A DNA stretch of 63,012 nt, the filler included, from Intoshia linei (Eukaryota > Animalia > Orthonectida), in NCBI GenBank assembly GCA_001642005.1. It is 10 parts of 10 records of this genome, joined end to end, with 100 filler letters (N's around TTAATTAATTAA, not from the genome) between each part and the next. Parts side by side here need not be neighbours in the genome. Positions count along the whole stretch, not along the records: positions 1 to 2,113 come from LWCA01002404.1; positions 2,214 to 4,489 come from LWCA01002441.1; positions 4,590 to 6,849 come from LWCA01002357.1; positions 6,950 to 15,585 come from LWCA01001446.1; 6 more parts are not named here. One strand, written 5' to 3'. The translations under genes and the position numbers were made by a program. Below the pieces are notes generated by a model. The model was given only the letters and a program-made list of their open reading frames with translations, did not search any database and was not told the origin of the DNA. Of this stretch, positions 1-12,675 are shown piece by piece (the stretch's first letter is position 1; each line of letters opens with the position of its first letter).

Positions 1-258
1 CCTTATAAACTTTTTGAATTTTGTTAAGATTTTGGATTTTATGTCTGCTAATCATAATGAAAATTTTTGGATCTTGTCCTATCAGAAATTCATAAATATT
101 TAAATTATGTCCACCCTATTGTACAGCCAATTGAGAAATGGCCCTCCAACTTCTAACGGTCTAGAAAGAAGTTTTAGCATGCTGAAGACATTAATCACAA
201 AACAAAGAAATTTTTTATCTAGTAAAATTAAAAAATATTTAATATTGTACTATAATAA
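1..258 (+). pseudogene. C-terminal fragment of a hAT transposase (CGGBP1-like group, same family as 23016-25352)
   Basis: Translation PPTSNGLERSFSMLKTLITKQRNFLSSKIKKYLILYYN matches the hAT C-terminal dimerisation motif (P-x-T/S-x-x-x-E-R-S-F-S) and parallels the 3' end of the copy near 25070-25190. Confidence 0.7.
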
Positions 259-260
259 TG

Positions 261-968
261 GATGGATAGAAGGAATGAATTGTATAGATTGTCACCCATA
301 TTTCTATATTGGAAATGTGTAGACGTTCAATGCACATTTTTTTGAAATTGTAGGATCAATATTTGAAAAATAATGGTTGAAAATATATTAAAAATTATTT
401 TTCAAAGGGAATTCGTAGATTTTTGGGTTGAAGTTATTATTTATATCAACTGGAATAAGCTCTATCGGAATTATCTTTTTTTATTTTGGACCGTTAATTA
501 TTTTCCATTTTTTGTTTTAATAAAATATTTCGGAAAAAATATATGGATACTAAAGTGCTTTTTTAATCGTGAAGGTGTCACTTATTCAGATTGAAATTTT
601 TTGTGTGTGTTTAACAGGATGCAACTGTACCACCTGTAAATTAATTTAAATTTTATGACTTTTTATTAAAAAATAGGGTAATTTGTGGTTTCGGCTTTGA
701 AGATATATTTTTTTTAAATTTAAATTTATGAAAATATTTTTGATTCTAAAATCCGTATTAGTGTGTATATTTTTTTTAAATTCTCGAACTCATTTGGTTT
801 TCAAAAAAAGGACAATTGGACTTTTTGACACGTAAGATGTGAGTTTGGAAGATTTACATTTATTTTGCTAACACCCGGAAAAAACTAATTGAATAGTGGA
901 CTTTATAAAATTTATTGAAATAAGCGATGACACAGACAGACAAACAAAGCATATTATATAAGTAAGGA
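261..968 (-). mobile_element. Non-autonomous Helitron family A, 5' part
   Basis: Minus strand begins A|TCCTTACTTATATAATATGC followed by a (TGTY)n tract. The body is shared with more than 10 other copies in the window. Confidence 0.75.
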
Positions 969-1611
969 TTATATTAGAATGATGCCAAGTTAAGCTAAAA
1001 CTTTATTGAGCGCGTTTTGAAAAGTACTTTAAAAAATATTTTAGAATAAATACAGAAATTTTTGTTACACGTATTAAGTTTTAAATTTAATTATTGAGCC
1101 TTATTCTTAATTTCTTGGACCTGTCTGGTTTATATCATAGACATTTCGTATATTAATTAAATACGGACATTTATCGAGAATTAATTTTTTAACGATACAC
1201 AGAAAAAAACTGCTCCTTGTTGTATACTTTTTTAATTTTAAAACTGTTTTGGTCATTAAATATAATCAAATATATGATGTAATAATTTATTTGTTTTTAG
1301 ACGCCAATTATTTTTGTCACTACATTTTTGAGAGTTTACGTCTACTTTGAAAACATATGTATTTTTTATTTATTTTTATTTATGTTATTGATAATTTAAA
1401 TATTTATATCATTACAGTTTAACCTGATTTAGGTAAGGTTTTTTATGGATACTATCGTTTTTTGGTAGTGCTAATATTTTTAATTTAAATCTATGGGTTA
1501 GCTAAAATTTTTCACAATTTTATGATTTATAAGTTTCAGAAAATATTAATATGTATTTATTTATGTATATTAATGTACATTGTATGTATAATTGATTGTA
1601 ATAACATAACT

Positions 1612-2020
1612 CAGGGTGGTCCAAAGCGTGGCACGCCAAATCAAATTGTGCGTCCTCGAAATTGTTTAATAATATATTTTTAAAAATATTGATTTACAGA
1701 AATACCAGTATTAGGTTTAGTATTACCAGAATTAAATCTTTCTGTATTAATTATTCTCAACTTTTTACTTTTTGTAGTTTACCCTAATAATTCTAACTTT
1801 TGAACCTTTTGTACTATTATTACTTTATGAAATACTAATTATATTTTTAATTGGCGTAATATTCATATCATGATACTCGTAGTAATTTTCTAATTAATCT
1901 GTGAAATTTTGACTTTTTGGACTTAAATTTGCCTGTGAGCTATATTTTCTAATGTTTTGGCCTGCGAAGTTTGTAAAATTTATTTTGTAGCCTCATTTGC
2001 GATGTGTTTAAAGCACTTTG
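1612..2020. mobile_element. hAT (Charlie/Buster-type) MITE
   Basis: Starts CAGGGTGGTCCAAA and has a degenerate right end. Perfect 8-bp TSD ACATAACT at 1604-1611 and 2021-2028. Confidence 0.7.
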
Positions 2021-2113
2021 ACATAACTAATATATTATGGTATTTACTGTAGTATAATTTATTATATTATAATATAATAAATACATTATAATTTATTTAT
2101 TATTTGATTATTA

Positions 2114-2213
2114 NNNNNNNNNNNNNNNNNNNNNNNNNNNNNNNNNNNNNNNNNNNNTTAATTAATTAANNNNNNNNNNNNNNNNNNNNNNNNNNNNNNN
2201 NNNNNNNNNNNNN
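2114..2213. other. Artificial assembly linker (44 N + TTAATTAATTAA + 44 N)
   Basis: The identical 100-nt six-frame-stop linker recurs at 4490-4589, 6850-6949, 15586-15685, 33391-33490, 48253-48352, 54118-54217, 58638-58737 and 60937-61036. Confidence 0.98.
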
Positions 2214-3077
2214 TATTTACGATTATGTTCATTATCCAGCTTACCAAAATTCATATTTCTTTCATTCCTCTGATCACGCAGAAAACATATATCTTCAGCA
2301 TGAGAAAAAATTAATTCTGCATTTGTGTGTGATATATCGAATAATTTATCCATAAGAGTAATAAAATTTTCTTAACGGAGTATTTGAGAATGGGATCGTC
2401 TATTTTTATTTTTTTTTAATAGGCTATAGAGTTAACAGTATTTCTTTAACTTATTTATAATATGGTTTTTATGTTTAATTGGAATGGTACTAGTACTCCA
2501 CAAATCCATAACCTTCATTACAGTTAAATTAACAATTTCAGAGAACAAATACGTTTTACTGTTATTATTAACATAATAAGAATAAACCTTCAATACATCT
2601 CTCATTGTCGGAAAATTATAGCAAGCAAAATCTTTCATAACATACCCAATTAACCATATATTGTCTTTGGATCTTGTTGGTAACATTAAATGGTAGATTA
2701 ATTTTGTAAAGTAAATAAATTTTTAGATGACGATAATAAAAATATCAATTTATCTGTAATTTACTATTTCATTTAATAAACACTATTTAACATCAACGCT
2801 GACTCTTAAAATTTGGTATACAAATACGTATGAATGATAAAAATGTAATTATTGATTGTTATATTACGATAACATTTTATTATAATCATAGCGTTCATCA
2901 AAATCAAAAAAACTCAACTTTTAGTATGTTTTCCGCCCTTGAGCACCACTATAACATTATGGTAGACTTATGAAATTTAGTACAGATGTATAGATTAATG
3001 AAACAAACAAAATTTTCACTTTTCCCTCGAGAAAATCTGAAAATAATTATTTATTATGAAAAATATGTCCACCCTAA
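2214..3077 (-). mobile_element. hATm-type DNA transposon, 5' part with disrupted transposase
   Basis: Terminus TAGGGTGGAC at about 3076 (minus strand). ORF pieces TRSKDNIWLIG...FPTMRDVL...LWSTSTIP...KLKK and DKLFDI...EDICFLRDQRNER resemble hATm transposase N-termini. Stop codon between the pieces; cut by a gap. Confidence 0.65.
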
Positions 3078-3879
3078 TATATATGTTAATTAAAGTATTA
3101 TACTAATTAAATTTAAAAAAAATATTCATAAATACGTTTAATTTTAAATTTAAAATAGAAAAATAACATTTTTAATATTTTTTATTAAGAAATTTAAAAA
3201 CAATGTATTTAAGTAACATTTAATGGTTATGAAGTAGAGTCAAACTCAAGTCTAAGGAACATTGAAATTTCAAAAATTGTCATGTTCACTATTAAAAAAA
3301 TAGAATCAAATAAGGAAAATTATGAAATTATAAATTTATTACTTCCTAATCATATAATTAATGTTTGAGGGTTCTTTTTTTTATATATTTTATTTTATTT
3401 CTTTATTTTTATATCTCTTTATTTCATAGCAAATATTTCACCAATTTTTTCAGGAATGATTTAGGTAAAAAAATTTCGAGATTATAAATATGCATAATTG
3501 CCTCAACGTACGTAATTCAACGTGTTGAGAATATATGGTCAGATTCTTCAGAAGCAGAATTTTCATCAGTATTGAACCAATTACTATACCTTCCTTGTTA
3601 ATAATGTTGTTTATTATTATTGAATAACATATAATTATTATCTTAAGAATACAAACAACTAAGAATTATAAATAATTTTATTTTTTATTTATTTGTAGAA
3701 ATCGAATTATTCCAAATTTTTCTTGTGCACCACCTAGAATTTCCTATAGACCACTTTTGAAACCACTGATTATTATTTATCTTTATTATTATTTATTATT
3801 AATATATTATGGAACATAGTGAATATAATCGATATTTTCATTTCATTATTGTTCGATATTAACATAGCTGGACAAATTT

Positions 3880-4138
3880 ATATAAAATTTTGATAATTAG
3901 CAAAAGGCATAATTCAATTGATTTTCTATTACAATTTATAATAATATCACCCTTAACAAAATTCCATCCTTAATAATCCATCAATTTATTTAATTCTTTT
4001 AAAACAGGTGGCATAATCAATATCTGATTCTTCAAAGAATCCGAATAAATTTTTCGATAAACCAATAAAAAGTGAATCAGCCTTTTCTCCGGTCATAGAC
4101 ACGCAAAATAAAACTGTTATCCTTTCCTTTTATATTTT
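3880..4138 (-). pseudogene. pogo/Tigger transposase fragment (DDE_1 region)
   Basis: KERITVLFCVSMTGEK matches the Tigger motif KERxTVLLCxNxxGxK; frameshifted downstream. Confidence 0.65.
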
Positions 4139-4161
4139 ACTAGCTTGGCAGTTTTGTACTA

Positions 4162-4641
4162 TTAGGTCGTTTCATAAGTAATGTCGTTTTTATTGTAACT
4201 TTATTATAAATCATTATATCTTTACGAATATTTACTGTAAGTGCGTTATTTTTTTATTTTTACGAAATATGGACAAATGTGTATTCGATGAAAGAGTAAT
4301 TTCCGATGACAAACATATTTTTAATTAGTTTTTAGAGAAATAAGTTGGATGATTATGATGGTCATATCAAACATTTTACTTTATGAGTTTCATATGGGGC
4401 ATACCGTATCGGAAACTAATGAAAAAATATATGTTATGTTTATGGCAAAGATGCTATCAACATACGAAAAACTCAAAGATAGTTCTTAANNNNNNNNNNN
4501 NNNNNNNNNNNNNNNNNNNNNNNNNNNNNNNNNTTAATTAATTAANNNNNNNNNNNNNNNNNNNNNNNNNNNNNNNNNNNNNNNNNNNNATAAACTTTTT
4601 AATTATGTTAAAAAAACGACATTACTTATGAAACGACCTAA
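4162..4641 (+). mobile_element. mariner element (Hsmar1/cecropia-like TIRs) spanning a gap
   Basis: ~30-bp TIR TTAGGTCGTTTCATAAGTAATGTCGTTTTT at 4162 and its exact reverse complement ending at 4641, with TA on both sides. Internal EKICYVYGKDAINIRKTQR*F is the mariner N-terminal HTH with a W-to-stop change. Confidence 0.85.
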
Positions 4642-5799
4642 TACATAACAGTCAAGCTAGTTATATATAATGTAGTAATAATAAAAAAATTATTATATAA
4701 ATTTTAACCGGTTATTTGTCATCCCTATATTAACATGTTGTTATTATTATATTATTGTTGCTAAAACACAAATATATTAAACGCCATAATAGCGTCGCCA
4801 TTGTCTCACAATTTGTCTGTATATTATTTGTTTGTAACCATTTATTGAAACAACTGACAGTGACAAAAATCATAAAAACGAAAATTTCAAGTCCATTTTT
4901 CCGGGCGCGAAACATAATGTACATTTAAAATTAAAAAAATAACGTCTTCACGGCCAAAACCACAAATTACCTTTTTTTAAAAATCAAGTGCATATAATTT
5001 AAAAAAAATTACTTTAATATGTCTGATTCCGCTTATTCTAATTAATTTAACGAAAAAATTTAAATTTTACAAGTCTACTTATTCCTAGACAAAAATACTA
5101 CCAATATTTTAACTCTTTCATTGTCTGTACAATTTTATGTACTATCACTACTAGTGTGTTTCAAAAAGTAGAAATTTTGCTGGTTATTCTTAGCCTTAGT
5201 AAAAATTAAGCTAGTATTTATATTTAGAGTACTATGTGACTTTTATTTTTTAGGAAATGTTGGTGGTCGAGTTGAGCACTGCAAATAAAGATTTTTCTAA
5301 AAAATATTGAAAAATAGTTTATTATCTGAATTCTCATTGGTTGATATATCAAAATTTACAACAAATATGAATATTACACGAAATATCTTTATTTTTTGAT
5401 GACTTTTTTGAGTTAAACAGAGAAAGACGTCGAACAAAGGTGTAACACTTGTAAGACACACAAATCCAATTAAAAAAAATATAACCCTGCCCAGTAAAGG
5501 GTTTTTCTTATCTTAATTTAATAGAAACTAAACTTTTTAACAATAAAACGAATACGCATTATACCTAATATAACTTAAATACACTAAATCAAATTTGTAT
5601 TATTATTCTAATAATTAAAAATATGTAAGTAAGACAATATTTAATTGTAATTATTTATGTATTCTAAATTAAATTAGAATAGTCTAGATTCCTGTCTTCC
5701 ATAATAATATTATGATACCGTGTAATACGACATAGTTGAAAATCTAAAATATATTATTAAAATAAAAAAATCAAAAGTATAGATGAATTTGTCAATTAA

Positions 5800-6760
5800 A
5801 AACAATCAACTTCTGGATACACATCGAGAATTAGTTTTCTTAAATTTGAAATATTTCTGGAGCGATCTTTTAAAATATTTATTTTTGAGAGAGATCGCTC
5901 AACTACCTCGTTTGTCAACAGTACGTCCAATTTCGGTTGAGACGTATATTTGCGTTTATTAAGAAAAAAAATGCATTTTTTTTTTTAAAAGACATATTTA
6001 GTGATTGGTACATTTTTGATTGATGTATTATTGATACACTATTTTGTCATGCATCAAACCAAATATTTACAACAAAATTACAACATTCTTCCAAGACTAT
6101 GTTTCTAAAACCCAAAATATATGCCATTAATGCTAAATTAGAGCGAATGTTCTATCTGGCATTTGACATATTTGGTAATTTCTTCCATTTAATTTCAACT
6201 TTTTTTCAGTATTTTATAGGCATTACACAGTTTTTCTAATTCAGCATAGTCATCGCTGTACCAATTTCCACCTTTTGGTATATCAATTTCTCATATGTAG
6301 AATTTTCCATTCCAAATTAACCATAATATAAATTCATAATTAATATTTGGACTGATAACGTTAAGACACCAAATTTCATCCATATATATTCTTAACAATC
6401 TATTTAAAATATGGCGCTGGCAGCCATAATATTCAACATTTTAATTGAATACGTTATCATTTTAACATTTTTATCACCCTATTTTTCCCCCTGTATTGAC
6501 GTTGCATGTATTGCATATAATCATGTAAATATTTTCTGCTATACTATACATTTCAATGGTATCTTTTATAGCACAGAAAATTGTGGCTGCAGTGCCAATT
6601 TTTAAATGAATTGGAAATAAATTAATTAATTTAATTGAACATCAATTGGAATGCTTCCATTTTCTTTGCATTAGACGTATATCACCAATTACTCAACTAC
6701 TTGATTTGACAAATTTTTACATCGACGACCATCAAAATGTAGACTTATTTTTTTATGCGA
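5800..6760 (-). pseudogene. Highly decayed IS630/Tc1-superfamily transposase remnant
   Basis: Scattered motifs (IYMDE, YG, PKGGNW) lie in roughly the order expected for a DD34E domain; many stops and frameshifts. Confidence 0.3.
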
Positions 6761-6949
6761 TATTGAATATTTGTATTTGTTATTTAATACTACTTATTTT
6801 ACTTTAATTATTTAAGACTTAGATTGAGTTTAATTTAAACTCTAAATGANNNNNNNNNNNNNNNNNNNNNNNNNNNNNNNNNNNNNNNNNNNNTTAATTA
6901 ATTAANNNNNNNNNNNNNNNNNNNNNNNNNNNNNNNNNNNNNNNNNNNN

Positions 6950-7135
6950 TTTAAATTTATGATTTTAAAATCCGTATCAGAGTGTATATTTTTTTAAATT
7001 TTCCAACTCGTTTGATTTTCAAAAAAAGGACAATTGGGCTTTTGACCCGTAAGATATGAGTTTGGGAGGTTGAAATTTATTTTTCTAACACTTCGAAAAA
7101 ATTGTAATTGAAATGTAAACTTTATAAAATTCTTA
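6950..7135 (-). mobile_element. Helitron family A fragment in EXOC3 intron 2
   Basis: Nucleotide match to the family A body (TCCGTATCAG...GACAATTGGG...TTATAAAATTC). Confidence 0.7.
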
Positions 7136-7193
7136 GCACCACCCTTGTTGAGGAAAGCTAAAGTAAACTGTATAATAATTAAGATGATCATAC

Positions 7194-8369
7194 CCTAAAT
7201 AATTTATTTTTCCATGACAGTGGCCTAGAGGAAAGTGTAAAGCCTGTACTATCCACAATTTTCTTAATTTGACCATCATAAATTGATTCCTTCTCAACTA
7301 TGCGTAAAGCACTTACAAACTTACAAGGATCATTCACTATATAATTTTGGTATTCCTCAAAAATCATAGCCAAAAGTCCCCAAAGTGTATCATATAGTTT
7401 AGATAGTTCTTTAAAATAACTTTCAATAACAATATACCCTTGACTAGAGCTATATTCACAACCTTCTTGTTGACTTTTTGCATGCATTTCAAGTAAGATG
7501 TCGTGTCTCATTCTCTCTAGTAAAAAATAAATTAATATATTTTTTACTCATATAGGATATATTATATAGTATAAAAAAATAGGGCATTGGTCAGAGTTCA
7601 TTTTATTTTCTCTGTGACCGGACGCAAAAAAATATTTTCTGTACAGTAAATAATGTTCGTAAATATCAGAAAATTGATACTCAATTTAATACATGTCAAT
7701 GAATATACATAATTAAAAAAATTATTAATTTTTCAAAGCTTTCTATTGTTTTCATATGAGTGTAACAATTAAAAGGTTTAATACAAACAAGATTGATATT
7801 TATTTAAGTATCAACAAAATTAATGTGGTATAAAAAATAAAAAATGAATGAGGGCGATTTGCAGCACAAAATTAAAAGAAAAGGACTTGTATAAATATAA
7901 ACTAACCTATTCTAAATACTTTCTTACTAATTTCTAACAAATTAGACGGTGCATTCTCTTCAGATATCATTATAGTAACTTCTCTAATGGATTTAGGTGC
8001 ATCAATCATTTCTTCCAAATTGTTCTTGCAATTTTTAAAATTTGTATGACGATCATTTTCTATTTTTAATAGTTGCAAATCGGCGGAAACCGAATCAATT
8101 TTCCCATACATCCGATTTAATTTAATAAAATTTTTATGGTTTGAGTCTACATTTGCAAGAGATACATTTAATTCACGCAATCCAGAACGAACACCATCTG
8201 ATTGAGATTGAATTGCTGTTTTTAGCATTTGGTCGGCTGTATCTTTTAATTTTGCATGCTTCTGAATGAAATGGTCTAATTTTTCTAAATCTTCTGAATA
8301 CTTTATTAATTCACACACTTGATTATATGCATATCTTTTACAATTAATTTCCAAATCTTTCCAATTCAT
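7194..8369 (-). CDS. EXOC3: Exocyst complex component 3 (Sec6), first two exons; remainder not found before the gap
   Basis: Exon 1 8369-7907 (donor G|GTTAGT); exon 2 7516-7194 (donor GTATGA). LKTAIQSQSDGVRSGL matches EXOC3 LKAAIQSQLDGVRTGL. FVSALRIVEKE and RPLSWKNKLF match the conserved ALRIIERE and RPKxWK motifs. Confidence 0.9.
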
Positions 8370-8783
8370 ACAAATATTTATTTAAATTTATAAGGTACTT
8401 ATGGAAACCAATTAAAGTAAATTATATTGTATTCCTTTAATTTATTAAATTAAGCTTAGAAAAATCTGCTTATACATATAGTATATATTAGGGATGTGAA
8501 TTTTAGTAGTTTTTTTGAAAATTTTATGGTACAGGAACGGATAAAGTCGCGTATGACAGTTTTATGGTTACACTGAAAAAAAATGATGGTGGATACTTTT
8601 TTGCAGAGACGCTTGCCATTTTAAAAATTTCATACAAAAATGTTCTACAAATACAAAAATATAACTTTATTTATTGCCTTTTTTCCTTAAAATTTGGTAA
8701 AACTAAATTTTTCTATGAGAGTTGGTAAAAGTAAATTTTTGAATGATAGATATTGAAAAATTTTAAAATTAAAGAAAATTCTT

Positions 8784-8943
8784 TGTAGTGATATATCGCT
8801 ATCATATTAATCGAGATTCGAATATATACTTTTGATATAAATCAATTGTGATGTCTAAATGGCAGAGTAGTTATAGTCATATAATTGTATTCTGCATGGC
8901 TAGGTTCAAATCAAGATTTGTATGATAGCGATATATCACTACA
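8784..8943. mobile_element. 160-bp TG...CA inverted-repeat element (Ginger2/TDD-like MITE?) containing tRNA-like sequence
   Basis: Perfect 23-bp TIR TGTAGTGATATATCGCTATCATA, extending imperfectly to ~39 bp. 5-bp TSD TTCTT at 8779-8783 and 8944-8948. Confidence 0.75.
8853..8924 (+). pseudogene. Degenerate tRNA-like sequence (GTA at the anticodon position, Tyr-like)
   Basis: A-box TGGCAGAGTAG (8860-8870) and B-box GGTTCAAATC (8903-8912) at tRNA spacing, 72 nt long. Acceptor stem GTCTAAA/TTTGTAT pairs 6/7. Anticodon and T stems pair poorly. Confidence 0.5.
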
Positions 8944-9364
8944 TTCTTCATAATTTCTGAAACTTCAACGGACTGTAACAGTTTTATTTTCGGAAACTTT
9001 GTTCTTTTCTAAATTCATATCATTCAAATTTAAAATTTGGTTCATAAAAACTTAAATTATGTTCAAAATAATTAGGTCCACTTGTTGACAATATTGCGAT
9101 ATTGATAAAGCTCCAATGTTTATTGAGTATCATCAATATTTATCAATAACCAAGAAAATAAAATGGACTTAACTATAAAAAAGTGACTTTATATTTTGAA
9201 AATATGACGTTAGTTAAGAAAAAACGACTTTAAGTGCTAAAAATTTCTATAATAATGATATATTAAACATTATAATATTCAATAAATGTATATAATTTTC
9301 ATGGACCCTAAAAAAGTTCTGTGGACCCCGTTGAGAATGCTGCCCTAGTATACCATATAATTGT

Positions 9365-9915
9365 ATACGCGATTTTTGTTTATGTGTGTGTTCAACTTTA
9401 TTTAAATAACTACGCGTCTTAGAATTTTTTAAAGACCACATTTCAATTAGTTTTTTCTGGGACGTATATTAAGATATATTTCAACCTCCCAATTTCACAT
9501 CTTAAGGGTCAAAAACCCCTGTTGTCCCTCTTTTTGAAAATCATACGCGTTGAAGAATTTAAAAAAATATCTTCATGGCAAAAACCACAAATTCCCTTTC
9601 TTTTTTTTTGAAAACAGCCCTAGAACTTCAAAAAATTTACAGCTGGTAGAGTTGTATCATTTTAACACACATATTAAAATTTAATCTGAATAAGTGACGA
9701 CTTCACGGTCAAAAAAGCATTTTAGTATTCATATATTTTTTTCCGAAATATTTTATTAAAACAAAAAATATGAAATAATTAACGGTCCGAAAATCGAAAA
9801 AAGGATTATTCTGATAGAGCTTATTCCAGTTGATATAAATACAAAATTTCAACTCTAGAAATCTACGCATTCCCGGTGAAAAATAATTTTTAATATATTA
9901 TTAACCAATATTTTG
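9365..9915 (+). mobile_element. Helitron family A copy, truncated at both ends
   Basis: Colinear nucleotide similarity to the copies at 29519-30280 and 32968-33390. Confidence 0.75.
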
Positions 9916-10499
9916 ATTTTTTTATTAATTTTTAAATAAAATTATTTGTTATATTTGTATCTTTATAATTTGGATTCACTTTCATTCCATGCATTCATAC
10001 ATAACCAATGACCATATGATGTTTTATCCAAAATATTTGTCAAAGTGGACGTTTTTTATGTGCGATTCGACATACAATTTTAAACTTAGTTTGTGTATAA
10101 CAAAATATTTATCTATAAATTGATACCACGAAACGTCTTTACAAAGGGTTTATCAAAATGGTTCTATCCTTTAAGATTTTATGATAAATTTAAACGGTTG
10201 ACACAGCATTAGTGGTCTCAGTTTTCGAAGCGGTTCTATTTTTATTATAATATAAAATAAGGAATAGTTTATTAAAATAAGATGAAATTACGAAAAAAAT
10301 ATTATAATAACGAAACACTTGGAATATGTAAATTAAAATTATATTGGCAACCCTCACAATAATTTGGTAACAGATTTAATATTCAAATTTCCCTTCAAAA
10401 TCTGTCATGACATTACTCTTATAAATGGTCATATCTGCTAAGTTATATGCATTAAATAAAATTTAAATATAATTATCGAAAAATGTGCAATTAAGAATT

Positions 10500-12505
10500 T
10501 TATCATAAAAAAAATTTCCCGAATGTATTGTGAAAGATTAATTTAACTATTGCTTCTGAAAAATGACTTAAAAGTTATTCTAACAAAAAATATCTCATAA
10601 ATTTTGGTATAATATGGAATCTCTGTACTGACCATATTCATTGCAAACATGATTAACAAGATCGTGAATGTCTTGTATTTGAATGAATTTATTATATTGT
10701 AAATAACCATAATTCGTGAAATTAAATCGTTAATAAAATCCAAAAAAATTGAGCTAGAAACAAATTTTAAAAAAATAAACTGTATAACTAAACATGGAGA
10801 ACAGTATTATAAAGGCGGTACCACGTTTAAAAGCTCAAACGCCGATTTCTGTTAAAATAAAGTTCAGTTTTAATTTGTTCGTGATATTTAAAATGACAAA
10901 CGCAACTCGGATAGATAGCGTTAAATATTTTTGATTGCGAATTAGTTTTTCTATTTTAAAAGTACACACTTTTAGTGCTAATTGCCTTTGATTCTTTGAT
11001 GGGTGTGACACCCTATTGAACATATTAACAAATCTATTAAGACAAACCCTTTGACAGCCATCTAACTTGAGTATGATATAATAAATTGTTGTAATTTTCA
11101 TCGTTTTCATCACATAACTGAGTAAAAATGCGATTATTTTTCAAATTAGCCTTTATTTTATTAACTGAATCAATTACTACTTGTAAAGATTCATGCAATC
11201 GATTACTTAATTTTTTAGAAACTAAATGTTGCCTGTTTATTATACAATGAATTGTCAGTACATTTGGAACTTCATTTTTTAAGTAAGATATGTAGAATCT
11301 GTAGCACAACTAATTATATTATTTAACGGGATATCATTTTTCCGCAAATAATAACTCCTCCGATAAATTATAATTGTCTTCAAAATATCTGACATATGCC
11401 AATAACAACGAAGTTTTGTCTGGTAAACAGGATTCATCAATTTGTAATGAAAATTTCCGACATTTAAGTTTAACTACTAGTTGCATTTCAACATCAGTGG
11501 CCATTTCGTCAATCAGCCTTTGAATGGTTGAATCATTTAATGGGAATACTGAGAGAACGGTATCTGCACTTTGGCGCATTACATTTTGTATAACCTACCG
11601 TAATACAGGAATGATAATCGTTTCACTAACGTTGTATGGTTTTCCTGACTTAGCAATAATTTCTACTATTTTGTATGAAGTAAAAAGGCCATCTTCTATC
11701 TTTTTATTGACTTTTGTAATGACACTTCTAATTTTTTCATTACGATATTTTTTTGTAGTTCTTTAAAAAATTCTAATGGTTTTTCTTTTTTATCAGAATG
11801 TCGGTAAATCAAGAGATTTTTTAATCTACTAGGTTACATAGCTTCATTAGAGAATGACTGCATACAAATGAGGTACATTAATATCCTCTCATCAACCGGT
11901 GATTGAATAAATCCCATTTTTAGATATTCAATAGAATACTGACGGCATTTCTTGGTTGGCATTAGATATAATTATGCTATGAATTTTTTTATATTTATAA
12001 TATACTTAAATATTTACCTATATTTTTTAATTTTTAATAAATAATCGTGTAGATTCAAATTTCGAATTGGCTCGTGATAATGACAAAGTGATAATAAATT
12101 TGAACTTTATGTAAAATTTACGAAAAATTTTTATTCATCATAGATAAATAGTTTTAGCTTTACATTTGACACCATATAAACTAAAATTGATAGTACGTAT
12201 TTTTTCTGGTCACTTTATGTAAATTAATAAATGTTTCTATAATACAAATAATTGATTTATCCGAACGTTAACTTCGTATTTTGGTGAAAATATTTTTATT
12301 TTGACTAGCTTAAATATTATCTGAATGAATCTGCTGTACAGATAGAAATAGATTGTTATGATTTTAATAGAAATATGAAAACAATTAAATAAAAAAATAG
12401 TTTTTAATTTAAATCAATTTAAATAAATTTGAAATATAATTTTTAACACCCCAAAAATATCAAAACGCCCCTAGGGGGGCGATACCGCCCCCTTGAAGAC
12501 CCCTG
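10500..12505 (-). mobile_element. hAT Buster/Charlie transposon with disrupted ZBED5/SCAND3-like transposase (ATG at 11962)
   Basis: 5' end CAGGGGTCTTCAA...CGCCCCCTAGGGGGCG at 12505, next to the nnnTAnnn target GTGTAGAT. Motifs CRQYSIEYLKMGF, SNEAM*PSRL, FSLQIDES, LLAYVRY, HCIINRQHL, VRWLSKG; multiple frameshifts. Other end not located. Confidence 0.9.
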
Positions 12506-12675
12506 GTGTAGATTCTACACTGTATATAATATGAAAACGTGGCTGTATGAATATTGTAATATATTTATTTGATATTTAGTTGAAAAAGTTTGTGTAATTA
12601 AATCTATCAGTTTGGTTACAGTAAATATACTTAAACAACACATTTATTTATATTGATAAATTTTTGTCCTTAATA

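Noticed and set aside
373-594. Short ORF-track entries inside repeats (also 4730-4924, 6994-7191, 9247-9441, 19961-20164, 20398-20607, 23183-23377)
   Set aside because: They lie in Helitron or MITE sequence, have low-complexity F/I/K/N composition and show no protein motifs.
5050-5750. Possible EXOC3 exon 3 or other exons on minus (e.g. KNLYLQC, DKKNPLLGRVIFFLIG)
   Set aside because: Similarity to EXOC3 is limited to a few residues and the frames close quickly; no consistent model.
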